Positions 8,580 to 17,549 are shown, counted from the stretch's first letter. The stretch: DNA of 43,887 bases from Acholeplasmataceae bacterium (GCA_964230965.1 CAXRJA010000073.1:1-43887); one strand, 5' to 3'. A program made the numbers and translations. The notes: generated by a model from the letters alone, not told the origin.

Positions 8580-9509
8580 ATGAAAAAAACTATAACATTC
8601 ATTTTAATCATACTATTTTCGAATATTTTGACGGCGTGTCACACGCCTGAAGTGAATCCATTTGATTTAGATATTGATTTTTACAATCAAACAAAAACTC
8701 AACTTAATTTAACGGATAATGATAAACGCGCACTTTATGGGTCTATGGTCTTTTATAACGAAAAAATTGCGTTTGAATCCCAAAATATCACCATTATATC
8801 AAATAAAACATCAGACAACCCATTAGATCTAAGATTACAAAGCTCTATATTGACAAACAATTTAGATACCAATATTTTTAGAAACTATGAAATATTAGAT
8901 ATAAATACCTTAGGCTATGAACAACTCTTTGATACTGGTGGATTATCAGGAAGATTATCTCTTTATATTGAACTTTTTGATGACTTTACAGATACGTATT
9001 TCACCTCATCAATTGAATTATCAAATCCACCTTTTAAGATTACTGCTGAAGAAAATCAAGTGATGACATCAGCAGAGGCAACCTTTGAACTTCCTGTCTT
9101 ATTAGACGTTTCATTTGATTTGACCCCTGAGACATTCATTGGCTTTACTGAAACACAAATCAATTTACTTGAAGTATATGAGATGCCTTATGGCTATTTC
9201 TTAAGATCGCCGATTGTGATTGATAATCTTATCAATGGACTGTCGATTGAAGCAACTATAGAAATGATCCTCATAGAAAATTTTGTAATTTATGCAACGA
9301 TTACTTCCTTAATTGATTCGATTATCATTCCAGTAGGTGGACTCATAGAGAATACAGAGTCTTTAGATGTCTCTTTAGAAATAGATATTCAATTAGACTT
9401 TTTATATGATATGGCGATGGCACAATTACCAAGTTCTAGTGATTTACAAAACTTTGAAAGAGTTGATACATTTACATTACCAGATGTAACGACAATATTT
9501 GGCACATAA
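8580..9509 (+). CDS. Hypothetical lipoprotein
   Basis: Signal peptide MKKTITFILIILFSNILTAC with lipobox L-T-A-C. The remainder is acidic, Asn/Thr-rich, with no recognisable domain. Confidence 0.7.
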   Translation: MKKTITFILIILFSNILTACHTPEVNPFDLDIDFYNQTKTQLNLTDNDKRALYGSMVFYNEKIAFESQNITIISNKTSDNPLDLRLQSSILTNNLDTNIFRNYEILDINTLGYEQLFDTGGLSGRLSLYIELFDDFTDTYFTSSIELSNPPFKITAEENQVMTSAEATFELPVLLDVSFDLTPETFIGFTETQINLLEVYEMPYGYFLRSPIVIDNLINGLSIEATIEMILIENFVIYATITSLIDSIIIPVGGLIENTESLDVSLEIDIQLDFLYDMAMAQLPSSSDLQNFERVDTFTLPDVTTIFGT

Positions 9510-9533
9510 AAAAAGCGCATCAAGCGCTTTTTT
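9508..9533. terminator. Bidirectional intrinsic terminator between the lipoprotein gene and rpoZ
   Basis: A7-GCGC-ATCAA-GCGC-T6. The A/T runs extend the stem in both orientations and overlap both stop codons (9507-9509 and 9532-9534). Confidence 0.8.
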
Positions 9534-9741
9534 ATTCAAAATCGATATCTACTCTGCCTGCAATAATTTCTTCTAATGCGACACCTATATTTTTTTCTGA
9601 GGATGCATCTTCTACTTCTAAGTTTGCTTCTTCTAGTACTCTAGCTACTTTTGAAGCTGCATATACTAATTTATATTTAGATGGAATCTTTTCTAATAGT
9701 GCATCGATGGATGGATATCTTAAACCGTCTTTATTACTCAT
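9532..9741 (-). CDS. rpoZ: DNA-directed RNA polymerase subunit omega
   Basis: 69 aa. YPSIDALLEKIPSKYKLVYAASKVAR matches the Firmicutes RpoZ/YloH pattern. Coupled to gmk (overlap 9738-9741), the conserved gmk-rpoZ order. Confidence 0.85.
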   Translation of the reverse strand: MSNKDGLRYPSIDALLEKIPSKYKLVYAASKVARVLEEANLEVEDASSEKNIGVALEEIIAGRVDIDFE

Positions 9742-10361
9742 ATTTCTCCCTCAATTAAAGATTTATATTTATAGATCGAACGTTCTGTTTTGGCATGTTC
9801 TGCACGAATGATTGCAAGAATTCTATCTGCTGCGTTATATACATCATCATTGACAACAATGTAATCATACTTATGTGCAAGTTTAAATTCTTTTTCCGCT
9901 TTCGCTAATCGAATCGATACTGTATCATCATTTTCAGTACCACGAGAAATCAAGCGATCTGTTAATGCTTTTTTAGATGGAGGTACTAGAAATATGAAAA
10001 CTGCATCTTTGACTTGATTACGGACTTTCAATGCACCTTGTACCTCAATTTCTAAGACGACTTCATGGCCTTTATCAAGTTGTTGTTCTACTTTATCTTT
10101 TGGCGTGCCATAATAATTTCCAAAGAATTCTTCGTATTCTAAGAAACCATTGTTTTCAATACGTTTTTGAAATTCTTCTTTCGAGACAAAGTAATAATCA
10201 ACACCGTCTTTTTCTCCTGGACGCATGGGTCGTGTTGTCATTGAGACAGAATATGTCAAGTCATGATCATCCATGTCAAAAAGTGCTTTTCTAACAGTAC
10301 CTTTCCCAACACCTGAAGGACCTGACAATACAATGAGTAAGCCGCGTTCATTTAATTTCAT
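9738..10361 (-). CDS. gmk: Guanylate kinase
   Basis: 207 aa. P-loop GPSGVGKGT, then TTRPMRPGEKDGVDYYFVS and the rest of the typical Gmk pattern. Confidence 0.95.
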   Translation of the reverse strand: MKLNERGLLIVLSGPSGVGKGTVRKALFDMDDHDLTYSVSMTTRPMRPGEKDGVDYYFVSKEEFQKRIENNGFLEYEEFFGNYYGTPKDKVEQQLDKGHEVVLEIEVQGALKVRNQVKDAVFIFLVPPSKKALTDRLISRGTENDDTVSIRLAKAEKEFKLAHKYDYIVVNDDVYNAADRILAIIRAEHAKTERSIYKYKSLIEGEI

Positions 10362-10442
10362 GCCTTGCTCCCTTACTTATCTAAATGCTATTATATATGA
10401 TAATATAGAATGTGTAAAGTATTTTCATGAAAGGTTTTCAAA

Positions 10443-11945
10443 ATGTCATTTGATGGTTTAATGATGCATCACCTCATAAATGAATATCAAGATTCAATTA
10501 TTCATCATCGTATTGATAATATCATCTATGTTCAAACGGATGTTTTTGCGTTGGAATTATATCACCAAAAACAAAAAAAACTTTTTTTTATTGACTTACA
10601 TGCAAATGATAATCGATTATATTTTACAGATTATAAAAAAATAACTTCTAGTCATCACCAGTCACTATCATTATTTAAAAAATACCTCTCTAGATCTCAC
10701 ATATCCGATATGAAGCAATATCAAACAGACCGTGTATGTGTCATCACATGTGAGACATTTGATGCGTTTGATGGAAACATTCAATATCAATTGATTATCG
10801 AAATGATGGGAAAACATGCCAATTTAATTCTCATAAAAGATGGACTTATTCTCGAGGCATACAAAAAAATGGTACATGAGACATCTAGAAGTATTGCTTA
10901 TCACCTTCCATTTTCTTTTTTTCCTTCAAATAAGAAACGACTTTCCGAATTCACTTTTAATCAACTTGATGTCAATGATTATGTATCCGCTTATGAAGGT
11001 ATGTCAAAAGATTTAGCATTCGAAGTTCTCAAAACAGAAACAAATCCATATGAATTACCTGTGGTGCCATCTATGAAAGGTTCCAAAAGATACGTATATC
11101 ACATTGAAAATGGAAAAATATTTGATTCGATCAATCACATGATGCAAACAACATATCATAATACACATAATGATACAGGTGTGATCGACACACTTATTCA
11201 AAAAAGACAACTTAAATTACCAAAATTAATGGAAGAAAAAAGATTACACGAATCTCATTTAAATGATTATTTGATTGCTGAAACTTTGTATACGTATCAT
11301 GACCTTAAAGCAAATGTTTCACGTATTGAAAATATTGATTTAGATGTTGAATTAACAGTTCATGAAAATGCACAACGCTACTTAAAAGCCTATAATAAAG
11401 CAAAAAGAGCGTTACCTCAACTTGATTATCAAATCTTAAAAACACAACAAGACCTTGATTTTTTAAAACAATTGCGCTTTGATTTGATTTCTAATATGAT
11501 GACATATCAAGACATCTTAAGGCTATTATTTGAACAAAAATTTATCTTTAAAAAACAAACACATATCAAAAAGAAACGCTCTCAGCCCATTGAAATTAGA
11601 GAAGGTCATGATATTTTGTGGATTGGAAAAAATGCAGTAATGAATGCGTATGTCACGCACGAATTAGCACGTTCAAATGATCTCTTCTTTCATGTTAAAG
11701 ATGCTCCAGGAAGTCATGTCATATTAAGAGGTTCAAAAAATAGTGCATTATTTAAAGATGCCATGAAGTATGCTGCATACTTTTCTCATCTAAGAAAAGC
11801 CTCTAAAGTAGAGGTCATGGTAGCCTTTAAAAAAGATGTGAAAAAAATTACAGGTATGCATGGATCTTTAGTCCACGTGAAAACATACACATCTTATATG
11901 GTGACTTTAGATTCTGAGTTTGTTAAGTTATGTGAATCTTTGTAA
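10443..11945 (+). CDS. rqcH: Ribosome quality control factor RqcH (NFACT / FbpA family)
   Basis: 500 aa. N-terminus MSFDGLMMHHL, NFACT-N DR motif (QTDRV), C-terminal NFACT-R/DUF814 motif FHVKDAPGSHVILRG. Shorter than the roughly 570-aa Bacillus protein. Confidence 0.8.
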   Translation: MSFDGLMMHHLINEYQDSIIHHRIDNIIYVQTDVFALELYHQKQKKLFFIDLHANDNRLYFTDYKKITSSHHQSLSLFKKYLSRSHISDMKQYQTDRVCVITCETFDAFDGNIQYQLIIEMMGKHANLILIKDGLILEAYKKMVHETSRSIAYHLPFSFFPSNKKRLSEFTFNQLDVNDYVSAYEGMSKDLAFEVLKTETNPYELPVVPSMKGSKRYVYHIENGKIFDSINHMMQTTYHNTHNDTGVIDTLIQKRQLKLPKLMEEKRLHESHLNDYLIAETLYTYHDLKANVSRIENIDLDVELTVHENAQRYLKAYNKAKRALPQLDYQILKTQQDLDFLKQLRFDLISNMMTYQDILRLLFEQKFIFKKQTHIKKKRSQPIEIREGHDILWIGKNAVMNAYVTHELARSNDLFFHVKDAPGSHVILRGSKNSALFKDAMKYAAYFSHLRKASKVEVMVAFKKDVKKITGMHGSLVHVKTYTSYMVTLDSEFVKLCESL

Positions 11946-11950
11946 ATGCT

Positions 11951-11979
11951 TTGTAAGAAACGATGCTATCATATAAAAT
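11951..11979 (+). promoter_or_regulatory. Putative sigma-A promoter of sodA
   Basis: TTGTAA (11951-11956), 17-nt spacer, TAAAAT (11974-11979), about 30 nt upstream of the sodA ATG. Confidence 0.4.
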
Positions 11980-12010
11980 AAGATTGTATAAAAATTAGGA
12001 GGCAAATATT

Positions 12011-12613
12011 ATGGCATACACATTACCAGCTTTACCTTATGCATTTGATGCATTAGAACCATTTATCGATGCAAAAACAATGGAAATACACCATAGCAAA
12101 CATCATCAAGGATACGTCAATAAGTTAAATGCTGCTTTGGAAAAAGAACCTTCCGTAACTGCAGACTTAGAAACACTCTTAAAAGATTTGGATTCCGTAC
12201 CAAAATCCATTCGAGGTGCTGTAAGAAATAATGGTGGTGGGCATTTTAATCATGCTTTTTTCTGGCCACAATTAAAAGTGAATCACCAAGAAGCACCTAA
12301 AGGAAACTTAGCGACTGCTTTAAATACAACATTCGGATCTTATAAAGGCTTTAAAGAGGCATTTGCAAATGCAGCTGCAACGCGTTTTGGATCAGGTTGG
12401 GCATGGCTTATTAAAAATAATGCAGGTGACTTAGAAGTCGTATCTACACCAAATCAAGATACACCACTCGCACTTGGTACGCCATTATTAGGACTAGACG
12501 TTTGGGAACATGCATATTATTTAAATTATCAAAACCGTCGTCCAGATTATATTCAAGCTTTCTTTTCAGTTGTTAATTGGGACTTTATTGAAGAACGTTT
12601 CAATAAGGCTTAA
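12011..12613 (+). CDS. sodA: Mn/Fe superoxide dismutase
   Basis: 200 aa. LPYAxDALEP, EIHHSKHH, GGGHxNH and DVWEHAYY metal-ligand motifs. RBS AGGAGG. Confidence 0.95.
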   Translation: MAYTLPALPYAFDALEPFIDAKTMEIHHSKHHQGYVNKLNAALEKEPSVTADLETLLKDLDSVPKSIRGAVRNNGGGHFNHAFFWPQLKVNHQEAPKGNLATALNTTFGSYKGFKEAFANAAATRFGSGWAWLIKNNAGDLEVVSTPNQDTPLALGTPLLGLDVWEHAYYLNYQNRRPDYIQAFFSVVNWDFIEERFNKA

Positions 12614-12618
12614 TAATT

Positions 12619-12655
12619 AAGATGTTGTGACCCCCCCTCACAACATCTTTTTTTA
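12619..12655 (+). terminator. Intrinsic terminator of sodA
   Basis: 12-bp stem AAGATGTTGTGA / TCACAACATCTT, C7 loop, T-run 12650-12655. Confidence 0.9.
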
Positions 12656-12664
12656 TGCTATAAT
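12656..12664 (+). promoter_or_regulatory. Extended -10 promoter element of the oligoendopeptidase gene
   Basis: TGCTATAAT immediately after the sodA terminator, 20 nt upstream of the ATG at 12684. Confidence 0.45.
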
Positions 12665-12683
12665 GTTTCAAATGGAGGATGAC

Positions 12684-14438
12684 ATGTGGAATTTAAACGA
12701 TTTATATCATGGTTTTGATGACAATTATGAAATTGATATTAAGAAACTTGAAAAGATGACAAGTGATTTCAGATCTCTAGTGTCGAAGAAAGATACAATG
12801 ACACCTGTTCAATTTTTAGAAACATATTTATCATTTGAAGAAAAAATGACCAAACATGTAAGAACACTTTATGCATATGCAAGTTTAAGATATTCAAGCA
12901 ATGTAAATGATCCGGAACCGTTACAGTATATGGCAAGATTGGATCGTATATTAAAAACAACAACCAAAGAAAACGTTATGTTTACAAGATATTTAAAAAC
13001 ATTAGATTTAGATGCATTAAGTGCTTCTAGTACAATCATTAAAAACTATTTATATAATTTAGAACGAGAACAAGAAAGCGCCAATTATATGCTTTCAGAA
13101 TCTGAAGAACTCCTTCTTACTAAACTCAGAGAAGTTGCAAGTGATTCATGGCGAAGACTTCAAAATATGTTGACTGCAAATTTAAAAGTATTGTATCGTG
13201 GCTCTGAAATTACATTGTCCGAAGTGAGAAATCTTGCATATGAACATGACGCTTATGTTAGAAAAGATGCATATGAATCAGAATTAAAAGCACTTGAAAC
13301 GATTCAAGATGCTGTTGCATTAAGTATCACAAATATCAAACGAGAAGTAAATGTCGTCAATGAATTTCGAGGATATCAATCGCCTTTAGAACCCACATTA
13401 AGAAGTTCTAAAATGACAAAAGCGACTTTAGATGCACTCATCTCGGCAATGGAATCCTATCGACCTACTTTTGAAAAATACTTAAAAGCAAAAGCAAAAT
13501 ATTTGGGCCACGAGGGTGGCTTACCATTTTATGATTTGTTTGCACCTGTTGGAAAAGGTGCAAAAACCTATACTTACGATGAAGCAAAAGCACTAGTTTT
13601 AGAGGCATTTTATGGATTTAGTCAACATTTAGGAGATTTTGCAAAACGTGCATTTGATGAAGAATGGATTGATGTTGAACCTAGACCTGGAAAAGTTGGT
13701 GGTGCTTTCTGTTCGAATCAACCTCAAATTGGACAATCTAGAATACTCACAAATTTTACTGGATCACTTTCTGATATTCTCACACTCGCCCATGAATTGG
13801 GTCATGGTTTTCATGGTGAAATTATAAAAAATAACGATCCTCTACATTGGTCATATCCAATGCCACTTGCAGAAACAGCATCGATATTTTGTGAATCCAT
13901 TGTCAATCAATATTTATTAAAAACAATTGATGATGATGACCTTAAACTTTTTGTACTAGAAAATGCGCTTCAAGGCGATACTCAAGTTATCATAGATATA
14001 TTATCAAGATATTATTTTGAAACTGAATTATTTAAAGAAGCAACAAAACCAGTACCTGCATCATCTCTAAAAGAGTGGATGCTTGATGCACAAAAGAAAG
14101 CTTATGGAGAAGGATTAGATCCTAATCTAAGACATCCTTTCATGTGGCTCATGAAACCTCATTACTACAGTGCTGGCTTAAATTTCTATAATTTTCCATA
14201 TGCATTTGGTTTACTTTTTGGCAAAGGATTATATGGACTTTACGAAAAAAATCCAGTGCCATTCACCGATCAATATGAAACACTTCTCGCTTATACAACA
14301 AAAGCAAATGTTGAAGATGTCGCAAAAACCATGCAAATTGATGTCACAAAATCTGAGTTTTGGCATCAATCACTTGAAGTCCTAAGTAAAGATATTCATG
14401 AGGTGATACATTTACTTGAAAAAACAAAAGACGCTTAA
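12684..14438 (+). CDS. pepF: M3B family oligoendopeptidase F
   Basis: HEXXH zinc motif in LAHELGHGFHGE; length and overall pattern of PepF. Start set to ATG 12684, six nt after GGAGG, because the track start at 12627 lies inside the sodA terminator. Confidence 0.85.
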   Translation: MWNLNDLYHGFDDNYEIDIKKLEKMTSDFRSLVSKKDTMTPVQFLETYLSFEEKMTKHVRTLYAYASLRYSSNVNDPEPLQYMARLDRILKTTTKENVMFTRYLKTLDLDALSASSTIIKNYLYNLEREQESANYMLSESEELLLTKLREVASDSWRRLQNMLTANLKVLYRGSEITLSEVRNLAYEHDAYVRKDAYESELKALETIQDAVALSITNIKREVNVVNEFRGYQSPLEPTLRSSKMTKATLDALISAMESYRPTFEKYLKAKAKYLGHEGGLPFYDLFAPVGKGAKTYTYDEAKALVLEAFYGFSQHLGDFAKRAFDEEWIDVEPRPGKVGGAFCSNQPQIGQSRILTNFTGSLSDILTLAHELGHGFHGEIIKNNDPLHWSYPMPLAETASIFCESIVNQYLLKTIDDDDLKLFVLENALQGDTQVIIDILSRYYFETELFKEATKPVPASSLKEWMLDAQKKAYGEGLDPNLRHPFMWLMKPHYYSAGLNFYNFPYAFGLLFGKGLYGLYEKNPVPFTDQYETLLAYTTKANVEDVAKTMQIDVTKSEFWHQSLEVLSKDIHEVIHLLEKTKDA

Positions 14439-14451
14439 TTAAGCGTCTTTT
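14426..14451. terminator. Bidirectional terminator formed by a perfect 26-nt palindrome shared by pepF and hpf
   Basis: AAAAGACGCTTAA|TTAAGCGTCTTTT, centred between 14438 and 14439. Each arm carries the last codons and stop of one convergent gene. T-rich sequence follows on both strands. Confidence 0.8.
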
Positions 14452-14993
14452 TTATTATCTAATTCTGTTTCAATTACTGCATAATCACCATCATCACGTT
14501 TATATAAAAGATGAGATTGATGTGTTTTTTTATCTAAGAAAATAAAGAAATCATGATCCAATTGTTCCATATGATCAATGGCATCTTCAATCGTCATCGG
14601 TTCTAAAGTGATTTTTTTATTTCTTACAAGTTGCTTTGCAAATACATCTTTTTCTAAAGCATCCATAGATAATGAGGGTTTTTGTTCTGTTTTATGATGT
14701 TTATGCTGATGTTGTTTCCCTTGGTATCGTTTTACTTGCGTCATCATTTTATCTGAGACAACATCAATAGCCTCATACATATCTGAAGCTTTCTCTTCTG
14801 CTCGAATCGTGACATGATCAGCATGAATCGTGACTTCAACTTTATGAAAATTTGGATATACTTTTAATACAACCCTTACTTTTTGGATATCTTGTTGAAA
14901 AAATTTATCAATCTTAGATAATTTCTTTTCCGCATATTCTTGAATTGCTTGTGTTACTTGAAAGCCATTCTTACCTACAATTTCAAATGTCAT
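14439..14993 (-). CDS. hpf: Ribosome hibernation promoting factor, long form
   Basis: 184 aa from ATG 14993 (RBS GAGAGGTGG). N-terminal S30AE/YfiA domain (MTFEIVGKN..), basic His/Lys linker, C-terminal dimerisation domain (EPMTIEDAI..DHDFFIF..). Confidence 0.9.
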   Translation of the reverse strand: MTFEIVGKNGFQVTQAIQEYAEKKLSKIDKFFQQDIQKVRVVLKVYPNFHKVEVTIHADHVTIRAEEKASDMYEAIDVVSDKMMTQVKRYQGKQHQHKHHKTEQKPSLSMDALEKDVFAKQLVRNKKITLEPMTIEDAIDHMEQLDHDFFIFLDKKTHQSHLLYKRDDGDYAVIETELDNKKDA

Positions 14994-15346
14994 ACATGCC
15001 ACCTCTCTTTTTTATTTTCTATATGAAATATGAATAGATTCCCAATATTGATGTTTTCTAACATTTTAAGTACGTGAATATCTTCGTACTCAAACCACAA
15101 AATGAGTTGATGATTTGAAAAGTGTAGTAATAAGGATAGGTAATGCATGATCGTTAAGTTATCTAATACTTCTTCTATCATGATGTGTAATATATCAACA
15201 TCACAGTGATTTAATACAATGCGTTCACTTTCTAAGATTACGGGATGTTTGGTAAAACAATGTTCACAAATATGATAGATGGACTTATTGATACTTAAAG
15301 GAGATGCATAGACATAAAGTATTGATTTACAATGCAAACATTGCAC
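14990..15346 (-). CDS. Hypothetical CxxC..CxxC zinc-ribbon protein; possible ComFC N-terminal relic lacking the phosphoribosyltransferase domain
   Basis: 118 codons open in AT-rich DNA. GTG start 6 nt after AAGGAG. Stop overlaps the hpf ATG (ATGA 14990-14993). CLHC..17 aa..CEHC at the N-terminus. It occupies the position immediately upstream of hpf that comFC holds in streptococci and staphylococci. No DDxxTTG PRTase motif. Confidence 0.35.
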   Translation of the reverse strand: MQCLHCKSILYVYASPLSINKSIYHICEHCFTKHPVILESERIVLNHCDVDILHIMIEEVLDNLTIMHYLSLLLHFSNHQLILWFEYEDIHVLKMLENINIGNLFIFHIENKKERWHV

Positions 15347-15385
15347 ATAGAACTCCTTACTTTATGTTATGCCTACTTTTAAGTT

Positions 15386-17446
15386 TTACTTTTTGTACGT
15401 TTCGATAATTTTAGGAATTAAATGTTGAGGAACTTCATCGTATCTTAAAAACTCACGTGTAAATTGTCCACTACCTTGTGTCATAGCTTTTAAATCAATC
15501 GCATATGAAACAATTTCAGATTCTGGCACTTCACAATTGATCACTTGGAATGATCCATCATCTGTAGGATTCATACCATGGACGCGTCCTCTTCGTTTAT
15601 TCATATCACCCATGACATCACCGACGAATTTCTCATCTACGGTCACATCTAATTTTACAATCGGTTCTAAAATAGTAGGTTGTGCCTTCTCACAAGCATT
15701 TTTAAATGCTAACGCTGCCGCGAGTTTAAATGAAAGTTCATTTGAATCTACAGAATGATAAGAACCATCATATAAGGTCGCTTTCACATTAATGACTGGG
15801 AAACCTGCAAGAGGCCCATGTTCGAATGTTTCAATAAGACCTTTTTCTACGGCAGGAAAATAATTTTTAGGGACTGCACCCCCGAAAACATCCTCATGAA
15901 ATTCAAATAATTCATTTGATGGTTCAAATTTAATATAGACATGTCCAAACTGACCTGCACCACCAGATTGTTTTTTATGTTTCCCTTCAGCTTCAACATA
16001 TTTCTTAATCGTTTCACGATACACAATTTTTTGTTCGTCAATATCAACATCTACTTTAAACATCAGTTTCATACGTTCTAAAATGTAATTAAGATGTGTC
16101 ATTCCTTGACCACCTATGAGTAACTGTTGTGTCTCTTTATTACGTTGAATTTGAAATGTTGGATCTTCTAAATTAAGTCGATGCAAAGCATTTGATATTT
16201 TATCTTCATCATTTCTATTTTTTGGATGTACAGCAATATACATAATTGGATTCGGGATCACAACAGGTTCAATCAAAGTAATATGTTTTGGATCACTTAA
16301 GCTATTCCCTGTTTCTAATCCTTCAATTTTAGCCACAACACATATATCACCAGCGTGATAAATATCATTATTGATTTGTTGTTTTCCTCTCACAGAAAAT
16401 ACATTACTTAGTTTTTTGACTTCTTTTGAAGGTAATAACATGACTTCTTGATTCGGTTTTAAAGACCCTCGATTAATTTTTATGTAACTCATCGTCCCTA
16501 TAAAAGGATCAACTGTTGTCTTAAATACATATCCTTGAAAAGGTTCATTTTCTACTGTTTGAATTTGAACAGGAGCATTTTTGTCATCTTTCCCTTCAAG
16601 TGGATGAAGTTCGTTTGGCGCTGGTAAATAGTCAAAAAGCATATCAATCATTGTACGAATACCAATGGCTTTTGAAGCACTACCAACAAGTACTGGTGTA
16701 AGTTCACCATTCATAATACCTGAACGTAATCCAGTTTTAATTTCTTCTTCTGTAAGTGTTTCACCGTTAAAAAACTTATCTAATAGTTCTTCTGAGGTCT
16801 CAGCAACACTCTCAAGCATCATATTTCTTAATTCGTCTACTTTAGGTTTTTTCTCTTCCCAAATTTCAGCATCATGTGAGGTAATACCGTCATAAATACG
16901 TGCTTTCATTTCTACAACATTGACAAAGCCTTCAAAATTCTCCTCTTTACCAATTGGCCAACAAAATGGGACGGCTTTCTTACCTAATTTTTCTCTAATT
17001 TCTTCAATAAGTGCATCAAATTTTATATTTTCTTTATCCATTTTATTGATGAATAATACCGCAGGTATATGTCTTTTACGAATTTCTTTCCAAACACGTA
17101 TGGTCCCCACTTCAACACCTTTTGTTGCATCAATCGTAATCACGGCACCTTTTACAACGCTTAGTGCTTGATAAAGATCACCAACAAATTCATCACTTCC
17201 TGGAACATCTAAAAAATTAAATTTATGGTCATGAAATTCGGTAGGAATCAGTGACATTGAAAGACTCGATAATTTATTTTGTTCTTCAACTAAAAAATCT
17301 GATATCGATGTTTTTTTATCTACTTCTCCTTGCTTATCAACGGCACCGGATACAAATAAAATTGCTTCTGCCATCGTGGTTTTTCCAGATCCTTGATGTC
17401 CTAAAATAGCAACATTTCTGATATTGCTTGTTTGATACTCTTTCAT
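15386..17446 (-). CDS. Elongation factor G paralog (EF-G2-like translational GTPase)
   Basis: 687 aa from ATG 17446 (RBS AAGGAGG). G1 GHQGSGKTT, G3 DVPGSDEF, G4 NKMD, domain IV tip GSYHSVDS. Not located in an rpsL-rpsG-fusA-tuf context. Confidence 0.85.
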   Translation of the reverse strand: MKEYQTSNIRNVAILGHQGSGKTTMAEAILFVSGAVDKQGEVDKKTSISDFLVEEQNKLSSLSMSLIPTEFHDHKFNFLDVPGSDEFVGDLYQALSVVKGAVITIDATKGVEVGTIRVWKEIRKRHIPAVLFINKMDKENIKFDALIEEIREKLGKKAVPFCWPIGKEENFEGFVNVVEMKARIYDGITSHDAEIWEEKKPKVDELRNMMLESVAETSEELLDKFFNGETLTEEEIKTGLRSGIMNGELTPVLVGSASKAIGIRTMIDMLFDYLPAPNELHPLEGKDDKNAPVQIQTVENEPFQGYVFKTTVDPFIGTMSYIKINRGSLKPNQEVMLLPSKEVKKLSNVFSVRGKQQINNDIYHAGDICVVAKIEGLETGNSLSDPKHITLIEPVVIPNPIMYIAVHPKNRNDEDKISNALHRLNLEDPTFQIQRNKETQQLLIGGQGMTHLNYILERMKLMFKVDVDIDEQKIVYRETIKKYVEAEGKHKKQSGGAGQFGHVYIKFEPSNELFEFHEDVFGGAVPKNYFPAVEKGLIETFEHGPLAGFPVINVKATLYDGSYHSVDSNELSFKLAAALAFKNACEKAQPTILEPIVKLDVTVDEKFVGDVMGDMNKRRGRVHGMNPTDDGSFQVINCEVPESEIVSYAIDLKAMTQGSGQFTREFLRYDEVPQHLIPKIIETYKK

Positions 17447-17482
17447 ATATCCTCCTTGAAAACGGTTACATTTGTTACTACT

Positions 17483-17491
17483 ATTATAACA
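17483..17491 (-). promoter_or_regulatory. Extended -10 element (TGTTATAAT) for the EF-G paralog operon
   Basis: The reverse complement of ATTATAACA reads TGTTATAAT, about 36 nt upstream of ATG 17446. Confidence 0.45.
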
Positions 17492-17525
17492 TAATACCAT
17501 CAATTATGGATGTTCTTTTTTAAAA

Positions 17526-17534
17526 TGTTATAAT
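17526..17534 (+). promoter_or_regulatory. Extended -10 element (TGTTATAAT) for yidD
   Basis: TGTTATAAT lies 15 nt upstream of the yidD ATG, with GGAG between them. Confidence 0.45.
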
Positions 17535-17549
17535 CAAATTGGAGATAAA

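Noticed and set aside
10031-10461. ORFs 10031..10294(+) and 10273..10461(+).
   Set aside because: They run antisense to gmk and across the gmk/rqcH divergent promoter. They have no RBS, and the second overlaps the true rqcH start.
12627-12683. Longer N-terminal extensions offered by the ORF track (pepF here; also 1980..2057, 3275..3319, 17447..17503, 21016..21069, 41930..42061).
   Set aside because: Each extension runs through a terminator hairpin or a promoter -10/-35 and lacks an RBS. An internal ATG or GTG with a good Shine-Dalgarno matches the expected family N-terminus in every case.
12769-14385. ORFs 12769..12963(-), 13639..13827(+) and 14200..14385(+) within pepF.
   Set aside because: These are alternative-frame or antisense ORFs inside a well-supported M3B peptidase gene.
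14994-15385. Possible raiA-motif structured RNA upstream of hpf. That motif is reported between comFC and raiA/hpf in Firmicutes.
   Set aside because: The space is filled by a 118-codon open frame with its own RBS and an ATGA junction to hpf. The sequence is AT-rich, and I can find no GC-rich conserved stems or pseudoknot-like complementarity. An Infernal scan would be the decisive test.
15537-17171. ORFs 15537..15758(+), 15847..16050(-), 16665..16895(+) and 16920..17171(+) inside the EF-G paralog.
   Set aside because: They are antisense or off-frame within a GTPase gene whose motifs are intact along its full length.
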